64,000 bases of DNA. Origin: Bacillota bacterium (GTDB lineage Bacteria > Bacillota > Sulfobacillia > JAJZYS01 > JAJYTV01). The position numbers and the translations under genes were made by a program. Below are positions 47,366 to 56,607 of the stretch, piece after piece. Under the pieces are notes generated by a model. The model saw only the letters and a list, made by a program, of their open reading frames with translations. It made no database searches and was not told the DNA's origin. The stretch covers positions 4,664 to 68,663 of the forward strand of contig JAJYTE010000009.1 in the NCBI GenBank assembly GCA_021793215.1, given 5' to 3'. Position 1 is the stretch's first letter, and each line of letters begins with the position of its first letter.

Positions 47366-48484
47366 CTAACGCCGCATGCTGCGTTCGGTCTGCAGGGCCG
47401 GCTTCTGCTCCAGGTAGGTCCAGCGGTCGTTCAGGCGGTAGGTGAGCAGCACCGCCGCCACGATGCCGACCAACTGGTCAACCAAGCTGTACTCGAGGCC
47501 GAGTCCACGTAGGACGAAGAGCACTGTAGTCGTCAAAAGCGCGCCGAACTCCGCGACGACGAGGTAGCGCAAGGCATGGCGCCAGAGCTGATCGGACCGC
47601 ACGCGGTCGCGCCATGTGATGCTCGTGTTCCAGATGAAGTTCCAGAGCACCGCCACCTGCGTGGCGATCAGGGACGCGAGCAGCGTGCCATTCGGCACGA
47701 GGTCCAGGTAGCCGCTTGTCATCAAAGCGAACAGCGCGGCGTTGACTGCGACGCCGGTTGCACCGATCAGAGCGAACAGCAGAAAGCGAGTGTTGTCCGG
47801 GTTGACCGTGACGAGGTCCAGGAGTTGGCGCAGGTAGTCGAGCTGCGTCTGCCAGCCGAGCTTGGACTGGCCGGCACCGCGCGGTGCGAACGCGTAGGGC
47901 ACGTCGGTCGCGCGCTGCACGTCGCCGCGCACGAGCAGCTCGAGCAGGATCTTGAACCCCTTGGGCCGCGCGCTCAGGATCGGCGCCGCAGCCGCCCGGG
48001 TGACGAGGAAGCAGCCCGACATCGGGTCGCTCGTCACGCGGCTCTCGCGCAGCAGGATGTGCGCGAGGGCACGTCCGCCGAGCGACAGGAGGCGACGCAC
48101 GCCCGACAGGCCGCCGGGGTCTCCGCCGGGCATGTAGCGGCTTGGCACGACGATGTCCGCCCGCGTCTCGCGCTGCGCGCGCAGGAGATGGGCGAGCATC
48201 TCGGGCGGGTGCTGCAGGTCGCCGTCGATCACGGCGAGCAGGTCGCCGCGCGCGATGTTGAACCCGTCGATGACAGCCGTCGCCAAGCCGCGCTCCATGC
48301 GGCGCAGCAGGCGCACCCTGGAGTCCTCGGCGCAGAGCTTGCGGATCTCGTCCGGCGTGTCGTCGTGGCTGTCGTCCACGAATACGATCTCGAAGTCCTC
48401 GCCGTCCAGGGTGTCAACCACACGGCGGTAGAGGCTGCGCACGTTCTCGCGTTCGTTGTAGGTAGGCACCACCAATGAGAGCAA
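47366..48484 (-). CDS. Polyprenol-phosphate glycosyltransferase (GT2) with C-terminal GtrA domain
   Basis: VPTYNEREN, VDDS, DGDLQHPP, SDPMSG, GFKILLE; C-terminal FALIGATGVAVN..WNFIWN..W. Confidence 0.92.
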   Translation of the reverse strand: MLSLVVPTYNERENVRSLYRRVVDTLDGEDFEIVFVDDSHDDTPDEIRKLCAEDSRVRLLRRMERGLATAVIDGFNIARGDLLAVIDGDLQHPPEMLAHLLRAQRETRADIVVPSRYMPGGDPGGLSGVRRLLSLGGRALAHILLRESRVTSDPMSGCFLVTRAAAAPILSARPKGFKILLELLVRGDVQRATDVPYAFAPRGAGQSKLGWQTQLDYLRQLLDLVTVNPDNTRFLLFALIGATGVAVNAALFALMTSGYLDLVPNGTLLASLIATQVAVLWNFIWNTSITWRDRVRSDQLWRHALRYLVVAEFGALLTTTVLFVLRGLGLEYSLVDQLVGIVAAVLLTYRLNDRWTYLEQKPALQTERSMRR

Positions 48485-48630
48485 GTGCGCCCTCCTCGTC
48501 CTGAAATCCACGGCTAAGTATATCATCGGCTTCCGGCGAGGCTCCTGAGAGGCGCCTAAATGTGAGCGGGTTTAGCCTGCCCCACCGGAGACGAGGTACA
48601 TGCCCAGCGCAAGGTCAGTCGAGGAAGACG

Positions 48631-49194
48631 CTAGATCGGGCTCTGCCAGATCGGGTACCATCGCCCGAGATCCGGCTCGATCGGCAGGATGTCGGAAAGC
48701 ATCGCCTGCAACTGCAGTTCCCGGGCTTCCTCCCGATCCCTGCCGGTGGTTGGACGGAACGGGTAGTAGGTGGCCCGCTTGTAGTTGTAGACGAGGTAGG
48801 TGACGCCGCCGCGGTCCTGGAGGCGGAACAGGGCGGCGAGCAGTGCGCCTCCGTATCCCTGGCCCTCCAGCGTGTCTCCGGCGGCGTGCAGCCCGGTGAT
48901 GATGTCGTCGGGCCCGCCGCCCGCGAGAACGAGCCAGCGGAAACCCTCGGAGTCGAGTGGCGCATCGAGCGTGAGAGAGTGCTCCTGCGCGTAGAGCTGC
49001 GCGATTTGCTGCGCGTTGCTGAACGCGTCGGTGAATGCCTGCTCCTCCGACGGCCGGCAGCAGATGCCCGCCTTGGCGTCGAGTGGGACGCCCTTCGCCT
49101 CGAGGTCGGGCGCGACCGCCGCGAGTCGGAAGAGTGCATCGAACTTCGGCTTCTTGAGGCGCGTGCGCCCGAAGAGCGCATCGAAGAAGCTCAA
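48631..49194 (-). CDS. PspA-associated protein PspAB
   Basis: MSFFDALFGRT..DALF..YLVYNYKRATYYPFRP..RELQL..LPIEPDLGRWYPIW; downstream of htpX. Confidence 0.85.
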   Translation of the reverse strand: MSFFDALFGRTRLKKPKFDALFRLAAVAPDLEAKGVPLDAKAGICCRPSEEQAFTDAFSNAQQIAQLYAQEHSLTLDAPLDSEGFRWLVLAGGGPDDIITGLHAAGDTLEGQGYGGALLAALFRLQDRGGVTYLVYNYKRATYYPFRPTTGRDREEARELQLQAMLSDILPIEPDLGRWYPIWQSPI

Positions 49195-50072
49195 CGGTTG
49201 ATCTCCTGCTCAAGCCGGCGCAGGCGCTCGAGGCGGTGCTCCAGGGTCGGGTGCGTCTGGAAGAGTTCGTAGATCGAACCCTTGGCGACGGCGGGCATGA
49301 TGAACAACGCCTGCAGCGTCTCGGTGTGCCGCAGGTCCCGACGCGGGATGCGGCTCGCTTGGTGAAGTTTGACGAGCGCGGACATCAGTTGCGAGGGCTG
49401 CCCCGTGAGGATCGCGCTGCCGCGGTCCGCGGCGTACTCGCGGTAGCGCGAGAAGGCGCGGATGAGGAAGAACGAGATGATCCAGACCACCAGCGACGCG
49501 AGGTAGACGAGCAGGATGTTCTGCTCCTCGTCGCGGTCTCCGCCGCCGAACGGCATGAACCAGAATGCCATCTGGACGATGTAGCTCGCCACCGTGGCGA
49601 AGAAGCTGGCCATGGTCATCAGCGCCATGTCGCGGTTGTGCACGTGGGTGATCTCGTGCGCCAGCACCGCCTCCACCTCCGGCTGAGAGAGGCGGTCCAG
49701 GAGACCCGTCGTCGCCGCGACGACCGCGTGCCGCGGGTCGCGGCCGGTCGCGAACGCGTTCGGCATGTCGGTCCGCACGAGTGCCACCTTCGGCTTCGGG
49801 ATGTCTGCGAGCTGCGCGAGGCGGCCGACCATCTGCTGCAGTTCCGGCTCCTCGCCGTCGCGCAGCACGCGCGCACCCATCGACATGAGGATCAGTCGAT
49901 CGGAGAAGTAGTACTGCACGAGCAGCATGCCGCCCGCAATCACCACGATGCCGAGGAAGCCGACGCCAGCCCGCAGCAAGACCGCCACGAACAAGAGGTA
50001 GAGCGCTCCGAGCAGCACAAGCGAAAGCGTCATGCGCAGGGTCAGTCCGATGTCAGGGCGCAGTCGCCGCAC
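49191..50072 (-). CDS. htpX: Zinc metalloprotease HtpX
   Basis: PNAFATGR, AHEITH, SRYREYAADRG, FQTHP. Confidence 0.93.
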   Translation of the reverse strand: MRRLRPDIGLTLRMTLSLVLLGALYLLFVAVLLRAGVGFLGIVVIAGGMLLVQYYFSDRLILMSMGARVLRDGEEPELQQMVGRLAQLADIPKPKVALVRTDMPNAFATGRDPRHAVVAATTGLLDRLSQPEVEAVLAHEITHVHNRDMALMTMASFFATVASYIVQMAFWFMPFGGGDRDEEQNILLVYLASLVVWIISFFLIRAFSRYREYAADRGSAILTGQPSQLMSALVKLHQASRIPRRDLRHTETLQALFIMPAVAKGSIYELFQTHPTLEHRLERLRRLEQEINR

Positions 50073-50140
50073 ACGCATCCCTCCATACCACGCGATGGTC
50101 GTTTCCGTCACACCTATTCTGCTCTCCTTGAGCCAGGCGC

Positions 50141-50605
50141 TCAAGGCGAATGCAGGCGACGTCCCTTCGGGTTCCTCCCGCGCGATACGCGCGTGAACTC
50201 ATAGAGCGAACGCACGGTCTCCTTTAGATGGAAGAACTCCTGGTCGGTGGCCGCGCCGATGAAGACGTGCACCGTCGCCTGTTCGCCTTCGACCGTCGAA
50301 GCGGTGAAGCCGTTGCGGCGGAGCGAGCCGAGAAAGTGGCCGAGCTCCGCGGCATCCGGGTCGAACGCGTAGACGAGCATGTGCTCACCGCGCTCGGACG
50401 GACCGTGCGGCTGCTCCGGCGCCTCCTGCAGGATCATCTCGCACTTTGCCAGGAGCTCGATCGCCTGGTCATCCGCGTCGGCGAGCAGCGCATCGATGCG
50501 GTCGGCCTCGTCGAACGGCAGCGCGTCGCCCTGCGTCAGCCGCTGCAGACGCTGCCACTCCGCCTCGTCCAGGGCGGCGCGCAACCGGCTTGCCCGTTGA
50601 TCCAC
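50141..50605 (-). CDS. Hypothetical protein
   Basis: RBS AAGGAGGGGG, genome-typical codon use; no recognised family. Confidence 0.6.
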   Translation of the reverse strand: MDQRASRLRAALDEAEWQRLQRLTQGDALPFDEADRIDALLADADDQAIELLAKCEMILQEAPEQPHGPSERGEHMLVYAFDPDAAELGHFLGSLRRNGFTASTVEGEQATVHVFIGAATDQEFFHLKETVRSLYEFTRVSRGRNPKGRRLHSP

Positions 50606-50632
50606 ACGACCGCCCCCTCCTTCGTTCAGTCC

Positions 50633-51973
50633 TCAGTCTTTCCGCGCGGCGCCGTGATCCTCCTGCGGTCCGGACGCCGCTCCGCCTTCCTCCGCTTCCT
50701 CGCCGAGACGCTGCGCGATGGCGCCCGCGCGCAGTTCGTGCTCCTTGGCTTCGGCCGGCGAGCGTGCGCGCATCGCCTCGGCGACCAGCCGCTCCGGCAG
50801 GCTGCTGCTGCGTGCGCGCGCCGCCACCTCCGTCGCGCGCGCGACGTCGCCGTCGGCCAGAAGCAGGCGCGTCTCGAGCGTGATCGCGTCGGGTCGCCCG
50901 CGCAGCAGGGTCGGCGTGAGGCGGCGGAGGCGCGGCCAGTTGCCCGCCGTGAGCGCCGCCCGGCGCGCCGCGAGCAGCGCGCGCCCGTCTCCCACGAGCG
51001 CCGCGCGGCGCATGAGCAGCTCGGCGCGCAGCGCCTCGCGCCCTTCGCAGGCCGCGAGCATCTCGGAAAGCGCCGCCTCCCGCTGATCGGGCGGCAGCTG
51101 CTCGGCGCAGCGCAGTGCCCACACGATGGCCCTGCCCAGTCTGCCGCAGGACGCAGCGGCCGAAAGAAGCGCCTCCAAGACCTCGGGGTGGTCGCGTAGG
51201 AGGCTATGAAGCGCCCAGTAGGCAGCGCCGGGCGCCTGTCGTGCTGCGACGCGGGCGACGCCTCGCAGGCGATCCCCGCCGATCGCCGCGCAACTCCAGA
51301 GCGCGGCGAGGAGCGCGGACTGGAGACCCTCCGGCCACTCCTCGGGCTCAACCCTGCGGAGGGGGTCCAGCCAGGCGTCGGGTGCCCCGAGGTAGAGGCG
51401 CAGCCACGCCCCGGGCTCGCGGGCAAGGTCCGAGAGCCACGTCTGCGCGAGATCCCGCAGAGGGCCCTCGCGGGCCCGGCCCAACAGGGCGAGCAAGAGA
51501 CCCTCCGTATCAGATGAGGCCTGGAGCGCCTCCTCTACGCGCAGCACCGCCAGTTCGTCGGGCAGGGAGGCGAGGTCCTCGGCGCGTTCGGGCGGGAGCG
51601 AAAACGCCTCCAGGAGGTCCTCGCCCAACGCGGCTGCGACGAGCGGTGCGCGGCGGGGCTCTGAGAGGAACTGGTCGATCGCGGCGTCGGCATCCTTCGC
51701 GCTGACCTTGCGGGCATAGTACGCCTGCAGGATCGCCGCGGCGTGGCGGCAGTGCGGGCGCCCGCAGCTACAGGCGCTCACCCGAGATTCGCTCATCTCG
51801 CAGCGCGCCCAGTAGTCGTCGCGCACGCCCAGCACCTTGCCAGCGAGCGAATGGCCCGCGCGCCGCAGGTCCCGCACGCGCTCCTGCAGCACGTAGTCCT
51901 CTCCGGCGGCCCATGCCGAAGGGGTGAACGACCGCTCCAGCACGTCGAGCGGCGGCAGTGCTGGGATGTTCAT
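50633..51973 (-). CDS. SWIM zinc-finger protein with helical repeats
   Basis: AGEDY..CSCGRPHCRHAAA. Confidence 0.8.
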   Translation of the reverse strand: MNIPALPPLDVLERSFTPSAWAAGEDYVLQERVRDLRRAGHSLAGKVLGVRDDYWARCEMSESRVSACSCGRPHCRHAAAILQAYYARKVSAKDADAAIDQFLSEPRRAPLVAAALGEDLLEAFSLPPERAEDLASLPDELAVLRVEEALQASSDTEGLLLALLGRAREGPLRDLAQTWLSDLAREPGAWLRLYLGAPDAWLDPLRRVEPEEWPEGLQSALLAALWSCAAIGGDRLRGVARVAARQAPGAAYWALHSLLRDHPEVLEALLSAAASCGRLGRAIVWALRCAEQLPPDQREAALSEMLAACEGREALRAELLMRRAALVGDGRALLAARRAALTAGNWPRLRRLTPTLLRGRPDAITLETRLLLADGDVARATEVAARARSSSLPERLVAEAMRARSPAEAKEHELRAGAIAQRLGEEAEEGGAASGPQEDHGAARKD

Positions 51974-52003
51974 CGCAGGCCCTCTGCAGGAGTTTGCGGA
52001 ACT

Positions 52004-52924
52004 ATGTCGGAAATGCGTAGTCTGAGTCGTTCTGTCGATCTGCAGGGAGGGGTCCCACTGGAGCGCGACTTCACGGTTGCCACCTTCCGGCTCCCCCCGT
52101 TCGCCGCCGCCGACGCCGCCTCCTTCGGCAGGGGCCTCGTGGAGGCCGCCGCCGCGGCAGCCAAGCGGTCGGAACCTGATCTCTACGTCTTTCCCGGCCT
52201 ACTGGCCATGTCACTGTGCCCCGCGTTCGACCCGGCCGCCCCGGACGCCGCGGCCATCGATGGGGGAGCGCGCGAGGCGTACATCGCCGCGGGTTCCTAC
52301 GCCGCCCGAACGCTCGGGGCCTGCGTCGTTCCGGGCAGCATCTACGTGCGCTCCGGCGATGACAGGATACAGGAGTACGCCGCTGTCTTCGACCGCCAGG
52401 GGAACCTCGTGGGCGAGCAGCGCCAGACGCACGCGAACCCGCCGGCGATCTCCGTGAGCGATGAGCTCGCGACGATCGCGGTCGAGGAAGGGGTCAAGAT
52501 CGGACTGCTGCTCGGTCGCGACGCCTGGTTCCCGGAGGCGAGCCGCATCCTCGCGCTCTCCGGTGCCGACGTGCTCGTCGCCCCGCTTGCTCCGGCAGCC
52601 CCCTACCCCGCAGAGGAGGCTCTTTGGGGCATGTGGCAGGAGGTGCAGCAGAACCAGACCTTCGGAGTGGAATCGGGCCTGGCCGGTCAGGTCGGATCGC
52701 AGCGCTACGACGGGCGCGCGGCCGTGTTCGCTCCGTGCGAGATCACGCCCGAAGCATCCGGCTTCCTGCCGCAACCGGGGTACTACGTCGGCACGGGCGC
52801 GCAGGTGGCGACACTGAAGGTGGAAGACCTCCGGCGGATCCGGCGCGACTACCCGGTCTTCCGCCACCTCAACCCGGCGCTCTACCGCAAGCACTTCCCG
52901 ATGCTCTACAGGAGGCCGCGATGA
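52004..52924 (+). CDS. Carbon-nitrogen hydrolase fold protein, catalytic triad lost (start uncertain)
   Basis: VFPG (no Glu), QRQTH (no Lys), LLGRDAWFPE (no Cys). Confidence 0.8.
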   Translation: MSEMRSLSRSVDLQGGVPLERDFTVATFRLPPFAAADAASFGRGLVEAAAAAAKRSEPDLYVFPGLLAMSLCPAFDPAAPDAAAIDGGAREAYIAAGSYAARTLGACVVPGSIYVRSGDDRIQEYAAVFDRQGNLVGEQRQTHANPPAISVSDELATIAVEEGVKIGLLLGRDAWFPEASRILALSGADVLVAPLAPAAPYPAEEALWGMWQEVQQNQTFGVESGLAGQVGSQRYDGRAAVFAPCEITPEASGFLPQPGYYVGTGAQVATLKVEDLRRIRRDYPVFRHLNPALYRKHFPMLYRRPR

Positions 52925-53979
52925 ACCCGCGCGAGGTCGGCCTGCAGCTGATGCTTCGGTTCCGCTCGCGTCCGGGCCGGATCCAGCGCCGGCTGCGACG
53001 GCGCGGCTTCCGGCACAAGGCGCGCACGCCCGAGGTGGGCGTCGTGCGCGCCGCCGCCGTGCAGCTGGAGTTCCAGCTCTGCGAGACGGCTGAGCAGTTC
53101 ACCGACATCATGTACACCCGCGTGCGCGAGGCGGTTCTCGAGGGCGCCGAACTGATCGCGTTCCCCGAGGACACCGCGAGCCTGATCGCCGGTATCATGC
53201 CCGGCCTCGGGCCGAAGCTGCGCACCCACTCGGTTGAGGAAGCGCTCGCGGAGGTGGGCGAGGGTGCGACCGTCGCGGAACTCTTCCGCCTGATGGGCAA
53301 CGCGACGCGGCGGATCTACGAGACCACCTTCCGTACGCTCGCGGTCGGCTTCGACGTGCACATCGCTGCGGGGTCGGCGATGCTGCCGACGCAGGACGGA
53401 CGCGTACTGAACGTCGGACACCTGTTCACGTCGGAGGGAGACATCCTGCGCCAGCCGAAGTGCCACCTGCTGCCGCTGGAGGCGGATTGGGGCCTCACGC
53501 CGGGCGAGGAACTCGAGGTGTTCGACGCGTCGGTCGGCCGCGTTGGAATTCCCGTGTGCATGGACGCGACCTACTTCGAGACGTTCCGGATCCTGCGCCT
53601 GCAGGGCGCGGACATCGTGGTCGTGCCGATCGCGGACCAGGAGCATCCCTACAACCACTGGAAGGCGCTGCGGGGGATCTGGCCGAGGGTACAGGAGTCG
53701 CAGGTGTTCGGCGTGCAGGCGGCGCTGGTCGGAAACGCCCTCGGCATGCGGCTGACCGGGCGCGCCGGCATCTACGCGCCGCTGGCGCTGACGCCGCGCC
53801 GCGACGGGATGCTGGCCATCTCGTCGGAGCCGGAGGGCGAGACGATCGTCGTCGCAGACCTCGACATCGCCGCACTGCACCGCTACCGTCAGGAGAACCC
53901 GCTGCTGATGAACCCAGCGCTCTACGAGCACTACTTCCCGCGCGTCTACTCCGGTTTCTGGCGAGGAGGGGCAAGCTGA
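52921..53979 (+). CDS. Carbon-nitrogen hydrolase family protein, triad intact
   Basis: AFPED, QPKCHL, PVCMDATYFE. Confidence 0.9.
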   Translation: MNPREVGLQLMLRFRSRPGRIQRRLRRRGFRHKARTPEVGVVRAAAVQLEFQLCETAEQFTDIMYTRVREAVLEGAELIAFPEDTASLIAGIMPGLGPKLRTHSVEEALAEVGEGATVAELFRLMGNATRRIYETTFRTLAVGFDVHIAAGSAMLPTQDGRVLNVGHLFTSEGDILRQPKCHLLPLEADWGLTPGEELEVFDASVGRVGIPVCMDATYFETFRILRLQGADIVVVPIADQEHPYNHWKALRGIWPRVQESQVFGVQAALVGNALGMRLTGRAGIYAPLALTPRRDGMLAISSEPEGETIVVADLDIAALHRYRQENPLLMNPALYEHYFPRVYSGFWRGGAS

Positions 53980-54452
53980 TGGCGGAGGACGGCGTCTGGC
54001 GCGACGACGGGTACTGCGTCGTCTGCGGTCCCGACAACGCTTCGGGGATGCATCTTCACTTCGAACACAGCGCCGAGGGGGCCCGCGCCCACGGAGAGGT
54101 GCCTGCGCACCTGCAGGGATACGCGGGTACGGCGCACGGCGGGATCGTCAGCGCGATCCTGGACGAGGCGATGTACTACGCGGTCGCGGCCCAGGGCATG
54201 CCAGGCGTAGCCACCGGGGAACTCATGGTGCGCTACCGCGCCCCGCTCCGCACCGCGACGCCGTTCACGGTCGAGGCGGCGTGCGAGCGGCGCACGCGTC
54301 GCTTCGCAAAGGCCCGCTCGCGCATCGTCGCGGAGGGACAGGTGGTCGCCGAGGCAGAGGGTCTCTTTCTGCCGGTGAAGGCCGAGTTCCGCGCGGACGA
54401 CGCGCGGCGACGCTCCGTGGCCGCGAAGGAGGGGAATCATGAAGACGCGTGA
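53979..54452 (+). CDS. PaaI-family thioesterase
   Basis: CVVCGPDN..G, QGYAGTAHGGIVSAILDE. Confidence 0.9.
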   Translation: MAEDGVWRDDGYCVVCGPDNASGMHLHFEHSAEGARAHGEVPAHLQGYAGTAHGGIVSAILDEAMYYAVAAQGMPGVATGELMVRYRAPLRTATPFTVEAACERRTRRFAKARSRIVAEGQVVAEAEGLFLPVKAEFRADDARRRSVAAKEGNHEDA

Positions 54453-54990
54453 CGAGTCGTGGACCCTTCTGACCGAGTGGACGAAGTCGCCGCAGCTCCT
54501 CAAGCACGCGCTCGCCGTCGAGGCGAGCATGCGCCACTACGCAATCGTGCTGGGCGGCGACCCCGAGCGCTTCGGCACGGCGGGGCTCCTGCACGACATG
54601 GACTACGAGCGCTACCCAAGCCTCGACGACCATCCCTACAAGGCGGCCGAAGTGCTGCGCCGAGAGGGGTACGACGAGGAGATCGTCACCGCGATCCTGG
54701 GGCATGGGAACCACACCGGCGTCGCCAGAACGACCGACATGGCGAGAGCGCTCTTCGGCGTGGACGAGCTCTCTGGGTTCGTCGGGGCGGTGGCTCTGGT
54801 GCGCCCGGAGCGCCTCGACGGTCTCGAGGCGCGCTCCGTCAAGAAGAAGTTGAAGGACAAGGCGTTCGCGCGCGGTGTGAACCGCGACGACATCACGCAA
54901 GGGACCGAGGAGCTCGGCATCCCGCTGGACGAGCACATCGCGCACGTGATCACCGCGCTTCAGGGAGCCAAGGACCGGCTGGAACTGTAG
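54439..54990 (+). CDS. HDIG-type HD-domain phosphohydrolase
   Basis: KHALAVE, GLLHDMDYE, DELSG, KKKLKDKAFARGVNR. Confidence 0.88.
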   Translation: MKTRDESWTLLTEWTKSPQLLKHALAVEASMRHYAIVLGGDPERFGTAGLLHDMDYERYPSLDDHPYKAAEVLRREGYDEEIVTAILGHGNHTGVARTTDMARALFGVDELSGFVGAVALVRPERLDGLEARSVKKKLKDKAFARGVNRDDITQGTEELGIPLDEHIAHVITALQGAKDRLEL

Positions 54991-55089
54991 CCGACCTAGG
55001 ACGCCCCGTGTGTCGCTGCGCGACTCCACGTAACCTACGGGCGCTTGGTTCGGTCCGTCTCGACAGTCACGCTCCTGGGAGGTTGGACC

Positions 55090-55271
55090 GTGGACCTGCT
55101 GAGTCCAGTCCATGTGGCCACGCTCCTCATCCTGGTGGCGACCGGTTCGGCCCGATCCTCCTCTTCCTTCGCAGCCGCGCCCAACGCTGGACGCGGTGTC
55201 CGCTGTGCCTCAGCCCGATCCGGGCCGGTGCCACGAGATGTCCGCAGTGCCATGGCGACATCTCGCGGTGA
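55090..55271 (+). pseudogene. Small TM + zinc-ribbon protein, frameshifted
   Basis: GGGAGG RBS; MDLLSPVHVATLLILVAT, a stray GG, then FGPILLFLRSRAQRWTRCPLCLSPIRAGATRCPQCHGDISR. Confidence 0.6.
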
Positions 55272-55282
55272 ACGCGTGACCG

Positions 55283-56326
55283 CTACGGCGAGCGGCCGAA
55301 ACGGCTCAGCGCTGTGACGGCCCGGCTCACGGGACCGCCTGTGATCAACAGCTGGCGAGCCTTGGGCTGCAGCACGCCGTCCACCTTGCGGTCCGAGAGG
55401 TAGAAGCCGAGCAGACCTCGCGCGACGTAGCGGTGGAAGGCTGCGTCGGTCAGTCGCTCTCCCGCTCTGTCGGTCTCGCGGAACAGCCGCTGCAGGCCGG
55501 GCACGACCGAAGTCTCGTCAGGGTAGCAGCGGATGAAGTTGAAGTCGCCGCCTTGCGCGTCCTCGGCCTGGTCGATGAAGTAGTCGAGCAGGATGTGCAG
55601 GCCCGACATCCAGGGGAAGTAGCAGCCGAACACGTCCCTGACGCGCCCAGGGTCGGGCCGCTCCGAGAGCGCCTCGTGCAGCAGCGCGAAGATGCCGAGC
55701 GTCGACCCGGTCGCCGCCGCGTACTCCCACCAGCCGATCCGCGAATCCTCGGCGCCGTACTGGAGGAAGCCGCGGCGCAGATTGTCCGCGCGCCGCTCGA
55801 CCATCGGGTCGTGCTTGCCGACCTGCAGGTCGACGTAGCGCTCGACGAGCCACCGCACGCGCTCGCGCACCGCCGCGCGTCCGGGGAGGGACGCGAGCGC
55901 CGCACGGGACTCATCGACCAGCCAGGTAGCGTAGCCGCCGTCGTCGCAGGGGTGCGTCGCGAAATACCCGCCGCGCGGCGGCGAGAGGTCGTCGACAGCG
56001 TCCAGCAGGGCGCGGTGGAGGCGCCGCACGGTCGCGCGCGGGACGCGCGGCCCGCGATCCGTGAGGGTGTCGAGGTAGTCGCAGAGCGTCTGGTAGGCCG
56101 CGACGAAGCGGATGAGGCGCGGCTCCGCGCGCGTCAGCACGGCGCCTCCCTCGCAGTGGAAGCGCTTGCGCTCGAGCGAGGAGAGGGCGAGTTCGCGCGG
56201 CGTCGGATCCTCGATCGCCTTCGCCCGCCGCTCGACGCGGCGCAAGGAGCGCGAGATGCGCGGACGCACCTGCGCGAAGTAGGCAGCGGACCAAAGGGAG
56301 CCGCGCGCGATGTCGCCGAGAAGCAT
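55283..56326 (-). CDS. ytpB: Tetraprenyl-beta-curcumene synthase (DUF2600)
   Basis: KRFHCEGG, FVAAYQTLCDYLDTLTD, WWEYAAATGSTLG, YFPWMSGLHILLDYFIDQAED..GDFNF. Confidence 0.9.
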   Translation of the reverse strand: MLLGDIARGSLWSAAYFAQVRPRISRSLRRVERRAKAIEDPTPRELALSSLERKRFHCEGGAVLTRAEPRLIRFVAAYQTLCDYLDTLTDRGPRVPRATVRRLHRALLDAVDDLSPPRGGYFATHPCDDGGYATWLVDESRAALASLPGRAAVRERVRWLVERYVDLQVGKHDPMVERRADNLRRGFLQYGAEDSRIGWWEYAAATGSTLGIFALLHEALSERPDPGRVRDVFGCYFPWMSGLHILLDYFIDQAEDAQGGDFNFIRCYPDETSVVPGLQRLFRETDRAGERLTDAAFHRYVARGLLGFYLSDRKVDGVLQPKARQLLITGGPVSRAVTALSRFGRSP

Positions 56327-56607
56327 TCCGGTCCCTCCGACGGAAGTTTGCCCAATCCTTCACAGCGCGAAAGGCGTTCTGCGCGATGAAGCGGCCTGGC
56401 AGCTTCTGCAGATCGACCCATCAATCCGCCGCCGACAGGTGAGCCGTTCCCTTGTCATTGCGCGCGTCGCTGCGGTACGGTACTCGTAGTCCGTTCGGGC
56501 GCCTGTCCCGGCGCCCGAACCGCGCAGGAAACCCAAGTGGTCTGCATGAGGCGCGGCGGTCCTGCACCGCGGCGCACCGGCCAAAGTCAGGAACTGGGGG
56601 CGAACGC

